64,000 nucleotides of DNA, from NCBI GenBank assembly GCA_032128115.1, contig JAQBHB010000041.1, forward strand, positions 64,001-128,000, given 5' to 3'. The translations under genes were made by a program, and so were the position numbers. Source of the stretch: Deltaproteobacteria bacterium (GTDB lineage Bacteria; Myxococcota_A; UBA9160; SMWR01). Positions within the stretch are counted from its first letter, which is position 1, and each line of letters starts with the position of its first letter. The notes below the pieces were generated by a model. It worked only from the letters and a program-made list of their open reading frames with translations. It searched no databases and was not told the origin of the DNA. Positions 1 through 10,270 of the stretch are shown here, piece after piece.

Positions 1-1050
1 CGGGAACCTGGATGGCATGCGGATGAGGATCGCTTCCAGCGGCTGGCCCTCGCGCTCTTCGCGCACCAATTCGAGCACTGCGAGCCGTACCGGCGCTTCT
101 GCCAGGGGCGCGGCTACACGCCAGATCGGCTGGATTCGTGGCGTGAGATCCCGGCGGTGCCCACCGGCGCCTTCAAGCAGATGGAGCTGGTCTCGTTTCC
201 CCGCGAGCGCACCCGCCACACGTTTCGTACCAGCGGAACGTCCACGTCCCAGCGTGGCGCGCTCCACCTGGACACCCTCTTGCCGTACGAGGCCTCGCTT
301 CTGGCGTCGTTTCGCCGCTTCGTGCTGCCCGATCTGGTGAAGGGAGATCGTGCCCGATTGCTCGTGCTCGCGCCCTCGGCAAGCGAGCTGCCCGACTCAT
401 CGCTGTCCCACATGTTCGCTGTGGTGATCCGGGAGCTGGGTACACCCGAGAGCAGCTTCTATCTCGAACGCGAACGCCTGGATGCGGACCGGCTGCTCGC
501 GGATCTCGAGGCGGCCGCGGCGGGTGCCGCGCCCGTGGCCGTGTGCGGCACTGCCTTCGCGTTCGTCCACTTGATGGACGAGATGTCCCGGCGCGGCGTG
601 TCGTTTGCGCTCCCGGAATCGGCCCGCGCCATGGAGACGGGTGGCTTCAAGGGACGCTCGCGACGGGTGACGAACAGCGAGCTCTACGACCAGATCGAGG
701 CGCGCCTGGGCATCCCGGCAGCGCGGGTGGTGAACCAGTACGGGATGACCGAGCTGGGCAGCCAGTTCTACGACTCGGTGCTGCGGCATCCGGACGAGCC
801 GCGGAGAAAGCTCGCGCCGCCGTGGACCCGCGTCCGCATCGTCGACCCGGAGACGGGGAAGACAACGAGCGGCGACGGATCGATCCGGCTGTTCGATCTG
901 GCCAACACGGGAAGCGTTCTCGCCCTGCACACCGCGGACCTGGGGCGAGTCGCGTCGGACGGCTTCCACGTGATCGGCCGCGAACCGGGCGCAGAGGCGC
1001 GGGGGTGCTCCATCGCCGTGGACGAGTTCCTGGCCGGAAGCCCGGCGTGA
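1..1050 (+). CDS. LuxE-family acyl-protein synthetase (5' end outside window)
   Basis: Frame 1 is open from base 1 (REPGW...ALFAHQFEHCEPYRRFC...IPAVPTGAFK). Motifs FRTSGTS, METGGFKGR, NQYGMTEL, DLANTGS, TADLG and C-terminal EARGCS with the acylated Cys. Confidence 0.85.
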   Translation, partial: REPGWHADEDRFQRLALALFAHQFEHCEPYRRFCQGRGYTPDRLDSWREIPAVPTGAFKQMELVSFPRERTRHTFRTSGTSTSQRGALHLDTLLPYEASLLASFRRFVLPDLVKGDRARLLVLAPSASELPDSSLSHMFAVVIRELGTPESSFYLERERLDADRLLADLEAAAAGAAPVAVCGTAFAFVHLMDEMSRRGVSFALPESARAMETGGFKGRSRRVTNSELYDQIEARLGIPAARVVNQYGMTELGSQFYDSVLRHPDEPRRKLAPPWTRVRIVDPETGKTTSGDGSIRLFDLANTGSVLALHTADLGRVASDGFHVIGREPGAEARGCSIAVDEFLAGSPA

Positions 1051-2330
1051 GCGCCGACACCCTTCGCGGCCGACTGGCAGCGCTTCGCGAGGCCGGCGCC
1101 GTGCTGCGGCGGCGGCCGGCCGTCGAGACGATCGCGGTGCTGGCCCGGGTGATCGACAGCTGGTCCAATCCCGATTCCCCGTGGCGTCGCGCCCTGAACG
1201 CCCAGTTCCCAGTCGCCACGGGCTTCTCCGAGGCGGCGGTGCGCGAGGGGGCGCAGGTGGGATTCGGGGCGTGGAGCGGGGCCGCGTTGCACCAACTGGT
1301 GAAGCGCGAGCTGGGCGGCGCCGAGCGTCTCGACTCGGCCGCTTCGCGCATGGCGGTGCCCCCGGAGACGACAGCCGTGGTGCTTGCGGGGCAGGTGCCC
1401 ATGCCCACGTTGCTCTCGATCCTGTTGCCCCTGGCGCTGCGTTCACCGGTGCTGGCCAGGCAGGGATCGCGCGACCCGGTAACCGCGGCATTGGTGGCAC
1501 GTTCGGTTTCGGAAACCGATCCGGAGATCGGCGCCTGCCTGGACGTGGTCTCGTTCCCGAGCTCCGACACGGCCCAGCTGGACGCGCTGCTGGAAGCCGA
1601 CTGCGTGGTGGCCACCGGCTCCGACGAGACCACGGCGACCCTTGCCGCGCGCGTGCGTCCTCCCCGCCGCGTTCTACGCCACGGGCATCGCCTCTCGGTA
1701 GCCGCACTCGGGCCCGAGGCCACGGGCGGCGGCGAGCTCGAGCGCGCCGCCGCGGGACTGGCGCTCGACATCTCGTTGTGGGACCAACTCGGCTGCCTGT
1801 CGCCGATCGCCGTGTACGTGGCCGACCCTGACGACGAGGCCGTCGATCGCGTGGCCCGGGCGCTCGCCGAAGCACTGGCGTCGAGCGAGGCACGGCTCCC
1901 ACGAGGGTGCATCGATCCGGTGGCCTCGGCCGCCATCGCCCACGAGCGCGCCGAGGCGGAGATGCGCGCCGCCGCGGGCCGAGACGTGACGGTCCACGCC
2001 AGCACGGGCAGCGCGTGGACGGTGGTGCGGGAGGATGTCTCCACGCCGCTTCCGGCCCCGCTCCACCGCTTCGTCCGCGTCCAACCCGTGGCGGACGAGC
2101 ACGCGCTTCTCGAAGCGCTGCGCCCGCTGGGCTCGCACCTGGCGGGCGTCGCCATACAGGGCTTCGGCACCGGAACGCCCGGCCTGATTCGCGCGTTGGC
2201 CGAGGCTGGCGCCTCGCGGGTCTGCGCCCCCGGCAAGCTGCAGGCCCCACCCCTGTCGTGGCGGCGCGAGGGTCGCGGCGTACTGACACCCCTGGTGCGC
2301 TTCGCCGATCTGGAGACGCCCCTGCGTTAA
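1047..2330 (+). CDS. LuxC-family acyl-CoA reductase
   Basis: GTG overlaps the luxE-like stop (GTGA). ALDH-like motifs VLAGQVP, ATGSDET, HGHRLS and catalytic DQLGCLSP. Confidence 0.8.
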   Translation: MSADTLRGRLAALREAGAVLRRRPAVETIAVLARVIDSWSNPDSPWRRALNAQFPVATGFSEAAVREGAQVGFGAWSGAALHQLVKRELGGAERLDSAASRMAVPPETTAVVLAGQVPMPTLLSILLPLALRSPVLARQGSRDPVTAALVARSVSETDPEIGACLDVVSFPSSDTAQLDALLEADCVVATGSDETTATLAARVRPPRRVLRHGHRLSVAALGPEATGGGELERAAAGLALDISLWDQLGCLSPIAVYVADPDDEAVDRVARALAEALASSEARLPRGCIDPVASAAIAHERAEAEMRAAAGRDVTVHASTGSAWTVVREDVSTPLPAPLHRFVRVQPVADEHALLEALRPLGSHLAGVAIQGFGTGTPGLIRALAEAGASRVCAPGKLQAPPLSWRREGRGVLTPLVRFADLETPLR

Positions 2331-2374
2331 ACCCCGCGAATTCACCGGACCTCCCACCGGCGGCGGCGCCCGGG

Positions 2375-2380
2375 TACAAT
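2375..2380 (+). promoter_or_regulatory. -10 hexamer TACAAT, 8 nt before ATG 2389
   Basis: Near-consensus -10 in a GC-rich intergenic gap; no clear -35. Confidence 0.45.
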
Positions 2381-2388
2381 GGAACGGG

Positions 2389-3948
2389 ATGGGGGGCGCA
2401 CCTGCGCAAGAAAGCGGAGCGGCCTTGAAGATCCATCTGATCACTCCCCGGAATCCCGCCAGCTTCTGGACCTACGACGAGATCCTGCCCACGCTCGAGA
2501 AGGACTGCATCTTCCCCAATCTGTCGATGCCCACGGTTGCCGGGCTCACCTCGCGCGAACACACAGTGACTCTGTGCGACGAGAACGTGGAGGACATCGA
2601 CTTCGACGTGGACGCGGACATCGTCGGGGTCACCGGATACATCATCCACAAGCCGCGCATGCTGGAGATCCTCGCCGAGTGCCGAAGGCGCGGGCGCTTC
2701 GTGGTGGTGGGCGGACCCTATGCGTCCCTCTGCCCGGAGGAGCTGCGCGAGCACTGCGATGTGTTGTTCCTCGACGAGGCCGAGGAAACCTGGAGCCGCT
2801 TTCTCGAGGACTTCCAGACCGGCGCCTGGAAGACCGAATATCGCCCGACCGAGAAGCCGGACATGACAACGTCCCCCATGCCGCGATTCGACCTGCTGAA
2901 GGTCGACCGCTATCACGCTCTCACCATCCAGTTCGCCCGGGGCTGCCCGTTCAACTGCGAGTTCTGCGACATCATCGTGATCTACGGGCGCCGACCGCGC
3001 GCCAAGAGCGTCGAGCAGTTGATGGCGGAGATCCGCGAGTGCCACCGCCTGGGAGCCACGCAGGTGTTCGTGGTGGACGACAACTTCATCGGCGACAAGA
3101 AGCTTGCCAAGGAGGTGTTGCGGGAGATCGCGCGCTGGGGGCGCGAGAACGGCTATCCGATCGATTTCAACAGCGAGGTGTCCCTGAACGTGGCCCAGGA
3201 CGAGGAACTCCTCGGTCTGATGCGCGACGCCAACTTCACCACCCTGTTCATCGGGATCGAGAGCCCCAGGGCCGAGTCGCTCCTGGAGACCCGGAAGACC
3301 CAGAACATGCGGGGTGACCTGGTGGAAAGCATCCGCACGATCCACGAATACGGCATCCAGGTGCAGGCCGGGATGATCGTGGGCTTCGACCACGACGATG
3401 CCTCCATCTTCGAGGAGCAGCTGCGCTTCATCCAGGAAGCGCGAATTCCCGTCTCCATGACCGGTATGCTGCAGGCCCTCCCCAAGACACCCCTCTACGA
3501 GCGAGTGGAGAAGGAAGGGCGCCTGCTGAGCGCGAGCCAGGGCGACCAGTTCGCGCTCTCGAACATCCGCCCCGAGCGCATGAGCCGGCGGGAACTCTAC
3601 CTGGGATACCGATGGCTCGTGGAGCAGCTATACGATTTCCGAAACTACGAGGACCGTACCCTGGCGTTCCTGATGAACCGGGGATCCCAGATCAACCGGG
3701 GCCTCAACATCCGGCGCCGCGACCCGATCCGATTGCTCAAGATCCTGTGGCAGACCCTCGTACTCGGCGGGCGGAAGCGCGCATGGTTCACACTCTCGTT
3801 GCTTGGCACCATCCTGGTGCGCCGACCCTCCGTCTTCAAGGAGGCGGTCTCGTTCGCCATCAGCCACCGCGCGTTCTACGACTACATGGCGAAGCTGACC
3901 GTGCAGCTCGACCGGGCAGTCCAAGAGATCGACGCCGAGTCGAGATGA
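2389..3948 (+). CDS. B12-binding-domain radical SAM protein (DUF4070-type C-terminus)
   Basis: N-terminal cobalamin-binding-like domain (DENVE, VGVTG, VVGGPYAS), RGCPFNCEFC (CxxxCxxC), FVVDDNF, FIGIES, IVGFDHD. Alternative TTG start at 2425. Confidence 0.85.
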   Translation: MGGAPAQESGAALKIHLITPRNPASFWTYDEILPTLEKDCIFPNLSMPTVAGLTSREHTVTLCDENVEDIDFDVDADIVGVTGYIIHKPRMLEILAECRRRGRFVVVGGPYASLCPEELREHCDVLFLDEAEETWSRFLEDFQTGAWKTEYRPTEKPDMTTSPMPRFDLLKVDRYHALTIQFARGCPFNCEFCDIIVIYGRRPRAKSVEQLMAEIRECHRLGATQVFVVDDNFIGDKKLAKEVLREIARWGRENGYPIDFNSEVSLNVAQDEELLGLMRDANFTTLFIGIESPRAESLLETRKTQNMRGDLVESIRTIHEYGIQVQAGMIVGFDHDDASIFEEQLRFIQEARIPVSMTGMLQALPKTPLYERVEKEGRLLSASQGDQFALSNIRPERMSRRELYLGYRWLVEQLYDFRNYEDRTLAFLMNRGSQINRGLNIRRRDPIRLLKILWQTLVLGGRKRAWFTLSLLGTILVRRPSVFKEAVSFAISHRAFYDYMAKLTVQLDRAVQEIDAESR

Positions 3949-3964
3949 GCGAGAGCTGGGGAGC

Positions 3965-4051
3965 GGGGACGGGGTTGACTATTGACTTTTTCAGGGCGAC
4001 GAGAGTGACACCGACGCGGTGGCGAAAAAGTCAATAGTCAACCCCGTCCCC
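3965..4051. repeat. 87-bp inverted-repeat element, copy 1 (26-bp arms GGGGACGGGGTTGACTATTGACTTTT, 35-bp spacer)
   Basis: Perfect inverted repeat 3965-3990 / 4026-4051 (extends to 29 bp). Identical arms recur at 60237-60323. Lies between convergent stop codons. Confidence 0.9.
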
Positions 4052-4054
4052 GTC

Positions 4055-5293
4055 CTAGACACGAAGTTCGACGCGGGTGGTTCCCAACGCGAAGCGCCGG
4101 AAGCCGATGCCGAACGGAATCCGGAACAGCCCCGTCCGGGCCAGGAACGGGAGTACGCGACGCACCAGGAATCGACTTGCCGGCGTTTTCTGGAACAGGA
4201 AGCGCGGCGGCGCCGCGCCTTGAAGGCGCTGGATGGTCTTCACCTCGGGCAGGCGCTCGTCGCGAACGGCGCGAGCGGCGGCGTCCAGGGCTTCGGGCCC
4301 GGCGCCGTTGGCCAGCGGTCCGCAAAGGTGGTTGGCCGCCACCAGAGCATCTCGCAGGGCGATGTTGATGCCCTGGGCGCCAACGGGTGACATGGGGTGA
4401 CACGCGTCGCCGAGCAGGAGCAGGCCCGGCTCGCTCCACTCGTCCAGGTGATCGCACACCACGTCCAGCAGGAAGGGGTGGTGGATCCGGGCGCGGTTCG
4501 CACGCAGATGCGCGCCCAGATCCGGGGAGACGAGATCTGCCAGCTGGTCGAGCCATCCCTCGACGCCCTGGCGGCGCAGCTCGCCGAAGCTCCCCTTCTC
4601 GATGATCCAGGCAATCTGGAGCTCGCCGTCGGGAGCCTGGAACATCAGGCAGAAGTGACCAGAGCCCAGATAGACGCGTCCCTGCTGCATCCCATCGAGA
4701 GCTTCGGGAATCGGAACCTTGAACCACACCACGTCGAACGGTTCCACCCGCTCCATCCGATCCAGGCTCGAATGCTTGCGAACTGCGGAGGCCCGCCCGT
4801 CGGTGGCGATCACGAAGTCGGCGCGCACCTCCGCCGGGCTGCCGCCGGAATCGCCGCGCACCCCACAGGCGCGTCCGTTCTCCCGCAACACGTCGCGCAC
4901 CGTGAAGCCCCGCTCCAGGCGGAACGACGGAAACTTCCCGGACTCGGCGACCAGCATCTCCAACAGTGCCGGCTGGGAGACGAAGACCGGGCCCTGGGGC
5001 GAACCGTCGTCGGGTCGGAAGTCGAAACGAGCCACGCATTCGCGATCCTGGTAGATCTGGAAGCGCAACACGTGGGATTGGGGCAGTGCGTCCAGTGCCG
5101 CGCCCAACCCCATCTGCCGGATGGCGTCCACACCACTGGGCATCAGTCCCTCGCCGCGGAACTCGCGCGCGAAGTCGGTGTGGCGCTCCAGCAGGACGAT
5201 CTCGACGCCGCGCCGGGCCAGCAGGTAGGCGAGGGCGGCGCCGGCCGGGCCGGCGCCCACGATTGCCGCGCGCACCGGACCGGCGGACCCCAC
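4055..5293 (-). CDS. FAD-dependent oxidoreductase/monooxygenase (FAD_binding_3 family)
   Basis: IVGAGPAG Rossmann motif, FAREFRGE, ATDGRASAVR (DG motif), LLGDACHPMSPVGAQGINIALRDA (GD motif). Start uncertain (5302 CTG, 5293 or 5275 GTG). Confidence 0.85.
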   Translation of the reverse strand: MGSAGPVRAAIVGAGPAGAALAYLLARRGVEIVLLERHTDFAREFRGEGLMPSGVDAIRQMGLGAALDALPQSHVLRFQIYQDRECVARFDFRPDDGSPQGPVFVSQPALLEMLVAESGKFPSFRLERGFTVRDVLRENGRACGVRGDSGGSPAEVRADFVIATDGRASAVRKHSSLDRMERVEPFDVVWFKVPIPEALDGMQQGRVYLGSGHFCLMFQAPDGELQIAWIIEKGSFGELRRQGVEGWLDQLADLVSPDLGAHLRANRARIHHPFLLDVVCDHLDEWSEPGLLLLGDACHPMSPVGAQGINIALRDALVAANHLCGPLANGAGPEALDAAARAVRDERLPEVKTIQRLQGAAPPRFLFQKTPASRFLVRRVLPFLARTGLFRIPFGIGFRRFALGTTRVELRV

Positions 5294-5298
5294 GAGGC

Positions 5299-5916
5299 TC
5301 AGGCGGTCGCCGCGGCGCTGGGCCGCGCCGCCACCCGGTCGAACCAGGCCGCCACGTTCGCCAGATCCCGGTCCAGGGGCTGTCCCACGCTGGCGCCGAA
5401 GTCCAGGAAGCTGAAGAGCACGATGTCCGCCAGGGTGAATCGCTTGCCGCACACGAACTCGCGGCCTTCCAGCTGCGTGTTCAGCCACGCGAGGCCGTCG
5501 TGGGCCAGCGCCTTCAGATCGTCGGCCGCCTGGGGAATCGTGCGCATGCGTTCCTTGAACATGGGCAGGCCCTCACCGTAACGGAAACCGTTGGCCAGGG
5601 GCTCCGTCACTTTCAGCTCGACCCGGCGGTCCCACATGCGGGTCTCGGCGCGCTCCTCGGGAGTGGTGCCAATCAGCGCGGGCGTCGGGTTCAGTTCTTC
5701 CAGGTACTCGCAGATGGCGACGGTCTCGCACAGGATGGATCCGTCGTCGAGCTGGAGACTCGGCATCTGCCCGGCGGGATTGATGTCGGTGTAGGGCGCC
5801 TTCCGGTTGTTGCCGGCGATGATGTCTACCTTTTCGGACGGCAGCTCGATGCCCTTCTCGGCCATGAACATCTTGACGAGTCGCGGATTCGGTCCCAGGG
5901 AATCGTAGAACTTCAC
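5299..5916 (-). CDS. Glutathione S-transferase family protein
   Basis: GPNPRLV, INPAGQMP, ETVAICEYLEE, FTLADI; GAGGAGAG ribosome-binding site upstream. Confidence 0.9.
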   Translation of the reverse strand: MKFYDSLGPNPRLVKMFMAEKGIELPSEKVDIIAGNNRKAPYTDINPAGQMPSLQLDDGSILCETVAICEYLEELNPTPALIGTTPEERAETRMWDRRVELKVTEPLANGFRYGEGLPMFKERMRTIPQAADDLKALAHDGLAWLNTQLEGREFVCGKRFTLADIVLFSFLDFGASVGQPLDRDLANVAAWFDRVAARPSAAATA

Positions 5917-6052
5917 GGGTCTCTCCTCGGATTGGGGGGCGCGAACTGCCCATCATGCCCACTGGGACGCGCGCATTCAATGAGCCCTGGGCTCGCGCGG
6001 CCCCCGCCGGGAATCGGAGCCGGCCGGCCTGGAGTCGATTATGTAACTTATT

Positions 6053-6071
6053 GAAAATAATAATGTTTATC
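6053..6071. promoter_or_regulatory. Fur-box-like site GAAAATAATAATGTTTATC
   Basis: 15/19 match to the classical GATAATGATAATCATTATC consensus, in an AT island upstream of the suf promoter. Confidence 0.55.
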
Positions 6072-6085
6072 GAATTGACTGGAAT

Positions 6086-6129
6086 TCGGACTCAAAAGGT
6101 CCGATATTTACAGGACCAAATCAGTCCGA
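6086..6129. promoter_or_regulatory. Two tandem palindromic operators, TCGGAC-N7-GTCCGA (6086-6104) and CAGGAC-N7-GTCCGA (6111-6129); probable Rrf2 autoregulatory sites
   Basis: Repeated 19-bp dyad directly upstream of the Rrf2 gene; the second copy fills the -35/-10 spacer. Confidence 0.7.
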
Positions 6130-6135
6130 TATGAT
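6107..6135 (+). promoter_or_regulatory. sigma70-type promoter of the suf operon, TTTACA-N17-TATGAT
   Basis: -35 at 6107-6112, -10 at 6130-6135, exact 17-nt spacing. Confidence 0.7.
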
Positions 6136-6206
6136 TTGCACCCTCGTTGCCGCTGCATCGAGGGCCGACTGGGAAAGACTGGAAGACTCGAAGACCGGGA
6201 GATTGC

Positions 6207-6680
6207 ATGATCAAGCTGAGCCGCACGACCGACTACGGAATCGTGCTCATGGCCCACCTGGCGGAGCGCGAGGCCGGGTCGGTGCACAACGCCAGGGAGG
6301 TGGCCGAGCGAACGCTGCTCCCGGCCCCCATGGTGAGCAAGCTCCTGAAGTCCCTGGCGCGGGGAGGGCTTCTGGTTTCGAACCGGGGCTCCAAGGGCGG
6401 CTACAGCCTGGCCCGCACGCCCTGCGAGATCACCGTGCCCGAGATGATTGCGGCGCTGGAGGGGCCCATCGGCCTCACCGAGTGCACGATCCACCCGGGC
6501 GCCTGCCGCCAGGAGGCTTCATGCCACGTGCGCGAGCCGTGGCAGCGCATCAACCAGGTGGTGCGGGATGCACTGAGTCGCATCACCCTGGCCGACCTCT
6601 CGTCGCCGGATTTCGGCGCGATCCTCCCACTGACCTCCGTGAGCGCCAACGCGGCGAACCCGGCCAACGTGGGCGAGTGA
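6207..6680 (+). CDS. Rrf2-family SUF system Fe-S cluster assembly regulator
   Basis: [29 protein letters not shown] and three Cys ([15 protein letters not shown]); first gene of the suf operon. Confidence 0.9.
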   Translation: MIKLSRTTDYGIVLMAHLAEREAGSVHNAREVAERTLLPAPMVSKLLKSLARGGLLVSNRGSKGGYSLARTPCEITVPEMIAALEGPIGLTECTIHPGACRQEASCHVREPWQRINQVVRDALSRITLADLSSPDFGAILPLTSVSANAANPANVGE

Positions 6681-6687
6681 ACGAACC

Positions 6688-8147
<1,460 letters not shown>

Positions 8148-8148
<1 letters not shown>

Positions 8149-8933
8149 TGGCCGACGAGAATCCGATGCTCGAGATTTCCGGCCTGCACGCCAGCGCCGG
8201 CGGCGTGGAGATCCTGAAGGGGATCGACCTGGTGGTTCGCCCGGGCGAGGTGCACGCGGTGATGGGCCCCAACGGTTCGGGCAAGAGCACCCTGGCCAAT
8301 GTGTTGGCGGGCCGCGAAGACGTCCAGGTGACCAGCGGTCGTCTGCTCTACCAGGGCAAACCCCTGCAGGATCTGGCGCCCGAGGACCGCGCCCGGGAGG
8401 GATTGTTCCTGGCCTTCCAGTATCCGGTGGAGATCCCCGGTGTCACCAATTCGTATTTCATGAAGGCATCGCTGAACGCGGTGCGAAAGCACCGCGGCCA
8501 AGAACCGCTGGACGCCTTCGACTTCCTCGCCCTCGTGCGCGAGAAGCTCGAGCTGGTGCAGATGGACGAGAAGTTCCTGAACCGCGCCGTGAACGAGGGC
8601 TTCTCCGGGGGCGAGAAGAAGCGAAACGAGATACTCCAGATGGCTGTGCTGGAGCCGCGCTTTGCCGTCCTGGACGAGACCGACTCGGGGCTCGACATCG
8701 ACGCCCTGCGCGTCGTGGCCAACGGCGTGAACGCCCTGCGCAGCCCCGAGCGCGCCATGATCGTGATCACCCACTATCAGCGTCTGTTGGATTACATCGT
8801 GCCCGATCAGGTGCACGTGCTGGCCGACGGCCGGATTGCACGCTCGGGAGGCAAAGAACTGGCCGGCGAACTCGAGAAGCTGGGCTATGGCTGGCTCGAG
8901 ACGGCGCCAACGGACGGCGCGGCGGCGGGCTGA
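8148..8933 (+). CDS. sufC: Fe-S cluster assembly ATPase SufC
   Basis: GPNGSGKST, FLAFQYPVEIPGV, NEGFSGGEKKRNE, LDETDSGLDIDAL, ITHYQRLL. Confidence 0.98.
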
Positions 8934-8935
8934 GC

Positions 8936-10270
8936 GTGCGGGATCCGGCTTGCGATCACTACGTCGATCTCCACGAGACCTTTTCGAAGCGGGTGTCGGG
9001 CGAGGCGGCCTGGCTTGCGAATCGGCGCCGGGACGCCGTGGGCTCATTCAAAGATCAGGGTTTCCCCACGACGCGCATGGAAGCCTGGCGCCAGACCAAC
9101 CTGGCGGCGCTGGCCCGGGTTCCCTTCGAGCTGGCATCGGCCAATACGAGAGCCATCGCCCCGCAGGACGTGGAAGCCCAGGCCGTTCCGCTGTTCGCCT
9201 GTAGCCTGTTCGTGTTCGTGGACGGCCGCTTCGACACGGAGCTCTCGGCGCGAATGGCCCTGCATGGCGCGGTGCACGTGGAGAGCCTGGCCCGTGTCCT
9301 CGCCGAGGATCCGGGGGCACTGGAGCCCTACCTGGGCCAGCTCGCCGACGCGAAGCGGCACTTCTTCACCGCCCTCAATACGGCATTCCTGGACGACGGT
9401 GCGGTGCTTCGACTCCCGCCCGGGGCCCGGCTCGACTCGCCCCTGCACGTGGTGTTCGTCGATTCGGGGCGGGCGCCGGCGACGCTCTCTCACCCGCGCC
9501 TGCTGGTGGTCGCGGGCGCCGGAAGCCACGCGACGGTGATCCAGGATCACGTCTCCCTGGGTCTGACTGGAGGCTTCACCAATGCGGTGACTGAAGTATT
9601 CGTCGAAAAGGCGGCATCCCTCGAGCTGGTGGTGCTTCAGCGCGAGAGTGCTGCGCAGACACACATTGCGAACCTGGCCGGAAAGCTCGAGCGCGACGCC
9701 CGCTTCACCAGCCACGTGGTGAGCCTGGGAGGCGCCCTGGTGCGCAACGACTTGAACGTGGTGCTGGCCGATGAGGGGGCCGAGGCCACGGCCAACGGCT
9801 TGTTCGTAGCGACCGGCGAACAACGGGTGGACAACTACACCACCATCGACCATGCCATGCCCCATGGAACCAGCCGCGAGCTCTACAAGGGGGTCCTGGG
9901 AGGCAGCGCCCGCGGCGTCTTTCGCGGGCGGGTGATCGTGCGCCCGGATGCCCAGCACACCCGCGCCGAACAGTCGAACCCCACGCTCCTGATCTCCGAC
10001 GCGGCCCAGATCAACAGCAAGCCGCAACTGGAGATCCACGCGAACGACGTGAAGTGCAGCCACGGGGCGGCCATCGGAAGACTGGACAAAGACGCCCTCT
10101 TCTACCTGCGAAGCCGCGGCATCGGCGAGGATCGGGCGCGCGAGATGCTGTCGCGCGGCTTCGCGTCGGAAATGACGCGGGCCATCTCGGTGGTGCCCCT
10201 GCGCGACGAGATCGACCTGCTGGTGGCGGACGCACTGGAGGGCAGCGCTCGCCGGGAGGACGCAGCGTGA
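8936..10270 (+). CDS. sufD: Fe-S cluster assembly protein SufD
   Basis: GFPTTRMEAWRQT, FTALNTAF, ELYKGVL, KPQLEIHANDVKCSHGAAIG, LFYLRSRGI. Start 8936 GTG or 8930 CTG. Confidence 0.95.
   Translation: MRDPACDHYVDLHETFSKRVSGEAAWLANRRRDAVGSFKDQGFPTTRMEAWRQTNLAALARVPFELASANTRAIAPQDVEAQAVPLFACSLFVFVDGRFDTELSARMALHGAVHVESLARVLAEDPGALEPYLGQLADAKRHFFTALNTAFLDDGAVLRLPPGARLDSPLHVVFVDSGRAPATLSHPRLLVVAGAGSHATVIQDHVSLGLTGGFTNAVTEVFVEKAASLELVVLQRESAAQTHIANLAGKLERDARFTSHVVSLGGALVRNDLNVVLADEGAEATANGLFVATGEQRVDNYTTIDHAMPHGTSRELYKGVLGGSARGVFRGRVIVRPDAQHTRAEQSNPTLLISDAAQINSKPQLEIHANDVKCSHGAAIGRLDKDALFYLRSRGIGEDRAREMLSRGFASEMTRAISVVPLRDEIDLLVADALEGSARREDAA

Noticed and set aside
1..2330. Bioluminescence operon
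   Set aside because: No luxA/B/D adjacent within the window; the LLM gene at 46401 is 44 kb away and not LuxA-like in context.
397..3393. 998-aa minus-strand ORF
   Set aside because: Antisense shadow of the luxE/luxC-like and radical SAM genes; Arg/Pro-rich with no motifs, typical of high-GC DNA.
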